Below, one piece after another: positions 54,290 to 61,710 of a stretch of 64,000 nt of DNA; within the stretch, counting starts at the first letter, position 1; each line of letters opens with the position of its first letter. Location of the stretch: positions 224,001-288,000 of IMG/VR virus record IMGVR_UViG_3300021978_000001; one strand, 5' to 3'. A model generated the notes under the pieces. That model did not search any database. It saw only the letters and a list, made by a program, of their open reading frames with translations, and was not told the DNA's origin. This stretch comes from a virus (taxonomy: Duplodnaviria > Caudoviricetes). The translations under genes and the position numbers were made by a program.

Positions 54290-55293
54290 CTCTCCTTGAT
54301 CTTCAACAATTCACTTACCACATGATGCTCGTGTGCGAGCGACAGGTGCGCGCGCTCGGACAATACACGAGACTTAGAAGCAATATCGAAGACACGAGAC
54401 CCCAGAGCAGCGACCGCTTGCATCCCGACCGCTCCCAGCATCTCCTGAGCGCGTTCTACCCCCGATGCAGCCGCCACAAGTTCACACAGTGTTTCCTCCA
54501 GGAGATCAATCAACTGCGTCGGTGTGACTTCCTTGGCGAGCGCGTTCATGACCCACATCACCAGATTCCAATCAGGGACACGAGGCATCCGAGACAACAT
54601 CTCCAGAAGATCACCGCGAAGACGATTGCCATGCTTGACATGAAACACGACCTGGGTAGGTAAACCGCGAGCAAAGTACACGAGCGTTTCGACCGCGCTC
54701 TCAGGAGGACGCTGGCCAAACTCCTCTTCGACAATAACGGGAATCAACTCACGCATAACTGCATCTTCGAGGCGACCCACGTACAAGGTGTGACAACGCG
54801 AGCGTACTGTCTGAGGCAAACCCATGTTACACCCTTCATCGAGGGTCAGCACAAAACGTGCGCAAGGAGGAGGCTCTTCGAGAGTCTTGAGCAAAGCATC
54901 AGCGCCTTGCTCGGAAAGCTCCTCGACATGAGGCAGCATCAACACGCGATAGGGGGCCTTGAGCGGCGCGCGGTAGGCTTCTGCGAGCACAGCACGGACA
55001 TCTCCGATAGCTGGGGAAGCCAGGACATGATAGTCGAGTTGATTCCCTACTTCGATGCGCGTTTGAATCTGCGAGGCTTCTACACTGGTAGAAGCACCCT
55101 TGGACGTGCTCATCAAATGAGACACCCACCATTCACCAAGCTCGCGCTTACCTACCCCACCAGGACCTTCCAGAAGCAAGGCTTTCGGGGGATTCGCGAG
55201 CATACGCAACATCTGGCTGCGTAGCCTGGCATGGCTTTGGTGTGGAGTCGTCATGAGAGGTAAACCGTATTCGTGATCGCCATGGTACAGCAC
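54280..55293 (-). CDS. holB: DNA polymerase III delta-prime subunit
   Basis: 'ALLLEGPGGVGK', 'ADALLKTLEEPP', 'QTVRSRC'; start uncertain. Confidence 0.85.
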   Translation of the reverse strand: MLYHGDHEYGLPLMTTPHQSHARLRSQMLRMLANPPKALLLEGPGGVGKRELGEWWVSHLMSTSKGASTSVEASQIQTRIEVGNQLDYHVLASPAIGDVRAVLAEAYRAPLKAPYRVLMLPHVEELSEQGADALLKTLEEPPPCARFVLTLDEGCNMGLPQTVRSRCHTLYVGRLEDAVMRELIPVIVEEEFGQRPPESAVETLVYFARGLPTQVVFHVKHGNRLRGDLLEMLSRMPRVPDWNLVMWVMNALAKEVTPTQLIDLLEETLCELVAAASGVERAQEMLGAVGMQAVAALGSRVFDIASKSRVLSERAHLSLAHEHHVVSELLKIKERCR

Positions 55294-55328
55294 TCACTGT
55301 GCCCCAGATCACGGCATTCTGTCAAGGC

Positions 55329-55377
55329 GAAAAGAAAGACCCCTCGATGCCTGGGAAAAGCATCGAGGGGTCTTTCT
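55329..55377 (-). terminator. Rho-independent terminator (18-bp stem)
   Basis: AGAAAGACCCCTCGATGC/GCATCGAGGGGTCTTTCT (55333-55350/55360-55377). Confidence 0.8.
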
Positions 55378-55395
55378 CATGAAGAGAGCGCCAGC

Positions 55396-55599
55396 TCAGA
55401 AATTACAAGCACCACCCGTCGAGACTGCCCAGGTATAGTTGCACTTCACGCAACGATACTGGCGAACACCCTGCGTGTTGGGCGCGCTCATGATGATTGC
55501 TCGAACGCTGTCGCACTGACCGCTCGTGCGAAGGTCACTGCCACGACGGCAAGCCATGTTCACTTCGGGGTGCTTCTCTGTAGGCTTTGAATCAGACAT
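55396..55599 (-). CDS. Small zinc-finger protein
   Basis: Start moved to ATG 55599 (MSDSKP); 'C...C...YRCVKC..TW'. Confidence 0.65.
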   Translation of the reverse strand: MSDSKPTEKHPEVNMACRRGSDLRTSGQCDSVRAIIMSAPNTQGVRQYRCVKCNYTWAVSTGGACNF

Positions 55600-55621
55600 C
55601 TTGGATCTTCCTTTGTTTGGG

Positions 55622-56350
55622 TTACTGTACCATCTTCGCGAGAAACGCATCGCAGGCTTGCTCGGCAATCTCCGCACTATCCATAGCGCCATCATATTCG
55701 AGGCGCTCCAGGACTTCACCTCCAGGAGTCGAGATCGTCACGACCACCATCACTGAATCCAAATCACAAGCGTCGATACCGTATTGCAAACGATACCGTG
55801 TACGGTCTGACTTGCGCGTGGTCTCTGCCCAGTGATTCGCGTCACTAACTTTGTGCGCGGTCAACTCGGGGACCTTCCTCAAGATCTTCTGTGAGATGCG
55901 CGCGAGCGACGAGCAGTAGTCCGTCAAGGTCTCGAACAGGGATTCGCTCGCCTGTTTGTTCCGCGACGCTACACGCGTATCCCCTTGAGTAACAAGAGAA
56001 GCGACACGCGCCGCGTTCAGGAGATCCCCTTCCAGGGAAGGGAGGAGCGGGGCGAGGTGCTTGAGTTCTGCTTCGAGCTGGCGAATGCTCGACATATCAA
56101 GAGGCTTCATGGTCGTCTCGGGTGCTCGTGCGGCCTTGATGGATGTATAGTCTATGGAAAAGATCTGTGAAGGCCCATCACCGTCAAAGGTGAAATCCTG
56201 GGGGATGTCCTCACCCAGGTTATTGATCGAGAAATCACGTGTGCAACCCACGTGCCCGCACCATTCGAGCGCACGAAGCAACGGCTCAAGGTCATCCCTT
56301 GCAGCCTCGTTACACACGACCGTGATCTTGTAGTGCTTCTCATCAGACAT
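55622..56350 (-). CDS. Hypothetical multi-module protein
   Basis: 242 aa; internal 'RVAS...RVASRNKQAS'. Confidence 0.7.
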   Translation of the reverse strand: MSDEKHYKITVVCNEAARDDLEPLLRALEWCGHVGCTRDFSINNLGEDIPQDFTFDGDGPSQIFSIDYTSIKAARAPETTMKPLDMSSIRQLEAELKHLAPLLPSLEGDLLNAARVASLVTQGDTRVASRNKQASESLFETLTDYCSSLARISQKILRKVPELTAHKVSDANHWAETTRKSDRTRYRLQYGIDACDLDSVMVVVTISTPGGEVLERLEYDGAMDSAEIAEQACDAFLAKMVQ

Positions 56351-56394
56351 TCGAGCCTCTCATAGAATCTCCACAGCACCAGGCTACCAAAGGA

Positions 56395-56637
56395 TTAATC
56401 GCCTCCCGGTAGCACCACGTTATCCGTAGGCTTCAAAATCAACCACGCCTGGTGACCCTTGTTCGAGGTGAAGACATGCACCGTATCTTGCACCAGGAAC
56501 GCACCTCGTATCGCACCCTTGCTCGGTTCCACGAAATCGAGCCATAAAGTCTCATCCTTACGCGGGAGCACCTTGAGGCCCACACGTAGAGGGCCGTCCC
56601 ATGCCTGTGGACAGAACATCTGTACAGAAAGCATCAC
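56395..56637 (-). CDS. Hypothetical protein
   Basis: 80 aa, overlap-coupled. Confidence 0.6.
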   Translation of the reverse strand: MMLSVQMFCPQAWDGPLRVGLKVLPRKDETLWLDFVEPSKGAIRGAFLVQDTVHVFTSNKGHQAWLILKPTDNVVLPGGD

Positions 56638-57206
56638 GTCTCCTCTCGCAACTCAGCAGTCAGCTCGGACACCACGACCCAGGAACGCAACACGTCCATA
56701 AGGTCATCCTGGACTCGCGAAGTCACCGTGCCGCACAACTCAAGTTCGCGCGGATCACCCGGGGTATCTTTTGGCGTGAAGATGTACTGCTGAGAGGAGG
56801 TCATGCGCAAGTACATCGTCATGTCTTTGTGATCGAGAGTAGGAAAGAACGTCTCCACATACCTCGAATCAGCTTTGAACCATGTGTGGAGGTCTGATAC
56901 GCGTTGAACATCATACTCGAAACGCAAGACGCAACGCCTCATGGCTAGATGATGCAGTACAAAATACTCACCAACCACAAGCTCGAACCTGTACAGGTCT
57001 CCGACCGTACCAGAGGCCGATCGAGGGTAGGTAGGATACTCGGGGACCCTCTTGGCGCGCCTCGCAGTCTCGTGACGAGACTTCATGTACCACGCAAGGA
57101 GGTCACCAGGATCTCGGAAATCAAACTCCTTGAGTTGACCCCGTGGTTGGGCTGTCTTCTCATCCGCCAGGACCGCATAAAACATCGCGTCGAGATGCTC
57201 GCTCAT
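56634..57206 (-). CDS. Hypothetical protein
   Basis: Start moved to ATG 57206 behind RBS GGAGG. Confidence 0.7.
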   Translation of the reverse strand: MSEHLDAMFYAVLADEKTAQPRGQLKEFDFRDPGDLLAWYMKSRHETARRAKRVPEYPTYPRSASGTVGDLYRFELVVGEYFVLHHLAMRRCVLRFEYDVQRVSDLHTWFKADSRYVETFFPTLDHKDMTMYLRMTSSQQYIFTPKDTPGDPRELELCGTVTSRVQDDLMDVLRSWVVVSELTAELREET

Positions 57207-57237
57207 ATTTACCTCCATAACTCCCAAGACCAAACTC

Positions 57238-58896
57238 TCATTCTTCCTCGCTGCTCACATCCTCGGAGTCATCGATACCCAAATCGACTGCGACCGAACT
57301 CAGCGTGTTGCCGTCAGGGGCCTGCACTGAAACGCGATCCTGCGCGAGCATCTGTTCCTCGTTTTCCATCTCCTCAAGCATCGCGACAGCTACCTGCATC
57401 TCTTGGTCAATTTCATCCGCATCCACTTCTTCCGACCCTTCAGGTCGAGCCACCCCGAGCCGTTCCTCCAGCTCTTGGATAATCTCACCGGGAAGAGTCT
57501 CTGTCTCCTCTGCCTCTTCGGAGCGTGCGCGGTCTTCCCTCACAGACGACACAGGCGAGGTCTCCCACAAGCCCTCAAGGTCCTCGATGTCCTGGTCAGC
57601 GAGGTTAAACAAGGTGTCGATGCTCTCGGTGCCCGGATTATCGAGATCAATCTCATCCTCCAGGCCCTCTTCCTCTCGATCCGCAGCATCCGCAAGCGAC
57701 TCGTAATCCAGGAGATCACCTTCGGGCTCGCATTGCTCCAGGGGCTTGATGTAGGTCAGGATACGCAGCTCCTCATCGGTCGCTGCTTCCAAGAGATGGC
57801 GACGAATCTGTGCACCCTCTTCCCTCAAGTCAGAAGAGGGGTCTCGACCAATGAAGGTTTGACGCAGCTCTTGAGGGCTCATGTCCGGGTTCGCTTTTGC
57901 ATGATCCTCATAAGAGTACGAGACCTGGTTATTCTCGGTCACGTACTCGCTGTAGTTCCCCTGCAAGAGATCGAGCGCGCGTTCGATGTCCTCATACCCG
58001 AGGCGCGTGAGCACCTGACGGTACATCTCTTCCTTGTCGCTCTCTTCGATGCTATCTCCAGGTGTCATTGCCTGCAACAACCCTTGCCCTGCGGATTCCT
58101 CCACAGAGTAGCGAGATACCGCAGGACGCACCGTCCTCTGACTAACCGAAGAGTCGATCAAGGCAGAAAACACGGGATCACGCAAGGCCATGATATAACT
58201 CTTCACGCGGTCGATCGTTTCCACATCGAGGTACCCACGGAAGCTCGACTCCACATGTTGGAAGGAAAAAAGATCCATCTGAGCCGCTGTCAAATCGTTG
58301 CTCAAGCATTGCAAGAGACGACGCATGGTCTGTTCGGCGTGCTCCTTGAAGATCTTCATCCTTGGCCGCCACACATAGGAATCGTCTCGAATCGCGTCCC
58401 TCTTCACAGAGGTCTTGCGCGTCTTACTCATGCGCTTGAGCTGCTCGCTGTAGTCCTTGTAATCCGAGGGCAACGTCAGAAGCAGAAGGACATACGAATA
58501 GGCTTCGTGGAAGTTGTGATTCGAGATCACCCTCAAGACCATCGTGATCATGTCGTGAGACGTTTCTGGAGCCTTGAAACGACTGCGCGCTTCTCTCACC
58601 GCTCCACAAAACATGTGCTCTGACCACACATCCACGAAACCACCGTTGCCATGGTCCAACGCTTCCTCCAACTCCCCGTCATCCACATTGGCCGCCAGGA
58701 CCCAAGCCGCGATGTACATCCTCAAGATGTTGTGAGGCTCCAGCTTCGCATAAGCCAGAGGATTGAAACGTGAACCGACACGTTCCATCACAAGACGGTT
58801 GATTCGTTGCAGGTCCAGCGCCCCGTCAGGGAGGCCGTTCACCTGGAATCGACGGGAGAATACGGGATCATTAGGGTTCAAGTCGTCACGCTGCAT
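57238..58896 (-). CDS. Acidic-tailed hypothetical protein, possibly a very divergent sigma70-like factor
   Basis: 552 aa ORF is real (RBS AGAGG); sigma similarity is weak and by eye only. Confidence 0.55.
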   Translation of the reverse strand: MQRDDLNPNDPVFSRRFQVNGLPDGALDLQRINRLVMERVGSRFNPLAYAKLEPHNILRMYIAAWVLAANVDDGELEEALDHGNGGFVDVWSEHMFCGAVREARSRFKAPETSHDMITMVLRVISNHNFHEAYSYVLLLLTLPSDYKDYSEQLKRMSKTRKTSVKRDAIRDDSYVWRPRMKIFKEHAEQTMRRLLQCLSNDLTAAQMDLFSFQHVESSFRGYLDVETIDRVKSYIMALRDPVFSALIDSSVSQRTVRPAVSRYSVEESAGQGLLQAMTPGDSIEESDKEEMYRQVLTRLGYEDIERALDLLQGNYSEYVTENNQVSYSYEDHAKANPDMSPQELRQTFIGRDPSSDLREEGAQIRRHLLEAATDEELRILTYIKPLEQCEPEGDLLDYESLADAADREEEGLEDEIDLDNPGTESIDTLFNLADQDIEDLEGLWETSPVSSVREDRARSEEAEETETLPGEIIQELEERLGVARPEGSEEVDADEIDQEMQVAVAMLEEMENEEQMLAQDRVSVQAPDGNTLSSVAVDLGIDDSEDVSSEEE

Positions 58897-58933
58897 GGCA
58901 CGCCTCTCTGTTCAAGGTCAGGCTGTTCAAGGA

Positions 58934-59194
58934 TTATTCGTGGATGACAAGCTGGACGTTCTTTCCCTGCTTGCATCCAAGCGCATAGAAAAGGGTCTGC
59001 ATGCTCTCAAGGATGCAACCCTTGCGTCCGATGATCTTTCCCCGATCATCGGGAACCACGTCAATCGAGTACACCACAGAACGCCCTTTCTTGATCACGT
59101 GAATATCCACGTATTCAGGGTACTCCACCAGGGACTTGACCATATCGGTCAAGAGGGGCTTGATCGGGGTCGGCTTGGGTTCTTCATACAACAT
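58934..59194 (-). CDS. khpA: KhpA-family single KH-domain RNA-binding protein
   Basis: Start moved to ATG 59194 behind AGGAG; 'MVKSLVEYPEYV', 'VVPDDRGKIIGRKG..LESM' GxxG loop. Confidence 0.85.
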   Translation of the reverse strand: MLYEEPKPTPIKPLLTDMVKSLVEYPEYVDIHVIKKGRSVVYSIDVVPDDRGKIIGRKGCILESMQTLFYALGCKQGKNVQLVIHE

Positions 59195-59518
59195 GATGTC
59201 TCTCCTGTTCTTTTGCTTCCATAACTCCAGAATACCACACAAGAAAGCCGGTAGCTTCCCCATGTACCCTATCCTTACGCAAAAGAACGGGGGAGTGTTC
59301 GATATTGGATGCAACCCTTCCGTTCCAACCTCCATCTCTTTTCAAAATGGACGCGGTATAGAGAGCTTTCGGTCAAGATTCCAGATCACGTTCCGAGTCC
59401 TATCCCAGGTCATCCTTTTTCCCGGATGACCCCTACAGACACAACCCGTTCAAGAGAAGAGAGTCCTCTCGAACCTCTTCCCGAACAATGAACCCGATCA
59501 AGCTCGCTCACATACTCT

Positions 59519-59556
59519 CAGTTCCCTGTTTCCAGTTCCCTGTTTCCAGTTCCCTG
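59519..59556. repeat. 14-bp tandem repeat x2.7
   Basis: CAGTTCCCTGTTTC-CAGTTCCCTGTTTC-CAGTTCCCTG; partial copy CCAGTTCCCG near 59742. Confidence 0.9.
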
Positions 59557-59790
59557 ACGTGATCACGAGCCCTCAAGCTCTCTCATCCCCCTTACTGGTC
59601 TACCTGAACTCCTCTTGGATCACCCCTTCAAGGATCACCCCCAGATAAAGCCCATCAAGCTCCTTATACGCGCGTGAGCGCGTATATCTCCCTATGCGTG
59701 CTTGAAGGGGCACCTTTAAACCCTCTGGTGACTTACGGAGACCAGTTCCCGTGTGGGGGGAGGCTTTCAGATCCTCCGCTTTAAACCCGA

Positions 59791-59876
59791 GCTAAAGCTG
59801 CCAAAGCTGATGCTTCTGCTGCTGATGCTACTGCATCTGCTGCTACTGCATTTGCTACTGCTGCTACTGCTTCTGT
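59791..59876. repeat. Imperfect GCT/GCA/ACT triplet microsatellite
   Basis: gctgatgcttctgctgctgatgctactgcatctgctgctactgc... Confidence 0.8.
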
Positions 59877-60744
59877 TTTTACTATGGTTTTTCTTTTCTC
59901 GATCATACGAGGAAAGAAGATCAAGGAACTTACTGGGGTAAGTTCCGTCATAGAACATATACTCTTCTCTCTCTGTAGAAGAGAGAAGAACAAGAAGTTC
60001 AAGAAAGAGTCTTTGAGTAAAGACTCTTTGACTGAAGCTCTGTTCTTGAAGATCAGAATCGGGAAGAGAGAGGGAAGAGGCTTGAAAGGTGTTGGAGGGG
60101 GTAGGGAGGTGTGATTGGATACCCGAGCCCTTCACAGAAAGGCTCTCAAACGTCACAGGAGCGACGGAGAGCCTCTTGAGGGGTTTGATGTGGGTATCGA
60201 GTCGCATTTTATCTTCCTTGCCTTCTACGTGCCTTCCAGGGGCCTTCTAAATCTTCCAGTTCTCTTACGTCAGATCTTCTGTGTTCTATGTGGTCTCCCG
60301 ACCGCCCTGGTTACTCTGTGAACACCGTCTCGTCCTTGAGGGCTGTCTTCCCAGATCCCTCAACACGTCCATAAGTCTCTCAGATGTAGCGTTCTCAGCG
60401 ACAAGAAAGGCATCCTGTGTCTGCATGATGCCAAGATCAACCTCATGATCTCTCTCTTGAAAGGTTCCTCGAAAGGATGCCTCAAAAGTTCCTTGCCCTG
60501 TCCAACGTCTCCTCAACCTCCACAGCCGTTATACGAGAAGGGAAGTCTCGGTCCATAAGTGATCTCTCTTGCTCTTGGAGTGCTCCAGGATGCAGGAGAG
60601 AGAACGCACACGTGACCAGGGGGAGTTACCGATAAGGATCGAGGTGCTATACCTCTTGAGAGACTCGGTTCCTCGTATCGAGCTTTTTTGTTTAAAGAGG
60701 GGAGACAGCAACCCCTCGCACGGCTTCTCTCAATGCTCCTGAAA

Positions 60745-60780
60745 AGACCTCCACGTTCTTTTGTGAGAACGTGGAGAGGT
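60745..60780 (-). terminator. Terminator/attenuator-like hairpin
   Basis: CTCCACGTTCT/AGAACGTGGAG (60749-60759/60766-60776) followed by GTCTTTTC on the minus strand. Confidence 0.55.
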
Positions 60781-60833
60781 GTGCCTTTTCAAGCCTTCAC
60801 CGTCCTCGCGGTTCATACCCCGCGACGAAAAAG

Positions 60834-60862
60834 AGTATGACTCCCCCGAGAGAGGGAGTCAA
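60834..60862 (-). promoter_or_regulatory. Sigma70-like promoter overlapped by a palindrome
   Basis: TTGACT (60862-60857), 17 bp, CATACT (60839-60834); inverted repeat TGACTCCC-N8-GGGAGTCA (60838-60861); second TTGACA at 60873-60868. Confidence 0.55.
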
Positions 60863-60930
60863 GCTCTTGTCAAGAGAAAAAAGTAGAATACCGAAAAAAG
60901 GGGAGGATCTTGGTTGTCCTGTAAGGGGGT

Positions 60931-61629
60931 TCAGGACTCGAATGAGAGGGAGGCGAGCTGGTCTTGGAGGTTGATGTAATCCTGCTCGACAAAGGACAGG
61001 TCAGGTTCCTGTGGGGTGTCGATTCGAGCGGCCAGTGCTTGGAGGACCTTGAACCTTGTTGCGCCGCAGGCTTCCTTGAAGATGCATGTTTTGGTGCATT
61101 CAGAGTTGGTCTCGTCGAGAAACCCGAAGCAACCCTTGACCAGCTTCAGGTCTTGAGGAGTCATCCCCCTTGCAGGCTTCGGGTCTCCTACCATGAAGTC
61201 GAAGGGGAGTGTATCAGGCACCAGGGGCTCGGGCTCGGGCTCGGGCTTTGCAACGGGTTTGGATACAGCCTTGGGTTTCGGTGCAGGGGTTGCTTTGGGT
61301 TTCGGTGCAGGCTTAGGGGGCTTGAGGCTGCCCGAAGGGAGCAAGCTGATTCCCACGCGGGTGAGTTGTCGAATCAACCTCTTCCTGGCGCTTCCGTTGT
61401 GGATGGAAGGGGTCGAGGTGATGGAAGCAACGTTCCCCTCTTGCAAATCCTGGAACAACGTCACCGCATCTTGAGCCAGGTACCGAAGGTCATCGGGTTG
61501 AGTCTCCACGGTGACGTGGGCCGTGATAACACCATCCTTGGTGAGCTTGGCGAGCTGTTCATGCGTGAGCCCGGTCAAACTCACAACCTCTTGTGGTTCG
61601 AGGTAGGCGTTCTTCTTGTACATTCTCAT
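60931..61629 (-). CDS. HTH (MerR/Xis-like) protein with C-terminal 4-Cys motif
   Basis: Start moved to ATG 61629; 'YLEPQEVVSLTGLTHEQLAKLTKDG'; Pro/Lys linker; 'CFG...CTKTC....C'. Confidence 0.7.
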   Translation of the reverse strand: MRMYKKNAYLEPQEVVSLTGLTHEQLAKLTKDGVITAHVTVETQPDDLRYLAQDAVTLFQDLQEGNVASITSTPSIHNGSARKRLIRQLTRVGISLLPSGSLKPPKPAPKPKATPAPKPKAVSKPVAKPEPEPEPLVPDTLPFDFMVGDPKPARGMTPQDLKLVKGCFGFLDETNSECTKTCIFKEACGATRFKVLQALAARIDTPQEPDLSFVEQDYINLQDQLASLSFES

Positions 61630-61674
61630 CGTTGAGTCTCCCTTGTCTTGTGTGTTCGTTCGCGTACCTGGCCT

Positions 61675-61703
61675 TTTATACCACAAGGCAGCATGAGTGT
61701 AAA
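61675..61703 (-). promoter_or_regulatory. Sigma70-like (probably early) promoter
   Basis: TTTACA (61703-61698), 17 bp ending TTGTGG, TATAAA (61680-61675). Confidence 0.7.
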
Positions 61704-61710
61704 GCCATCC

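Noticed and set aside
59767-60207. 146-aa Ser-rich ORF and overlapping Ala-rich frames (59781-60002 minus, 59884-60114 plus)
   Set aside because: All three frames read low-complexity products of one microsatellite; none has a clear RBS or motif, so none is called as a CDS
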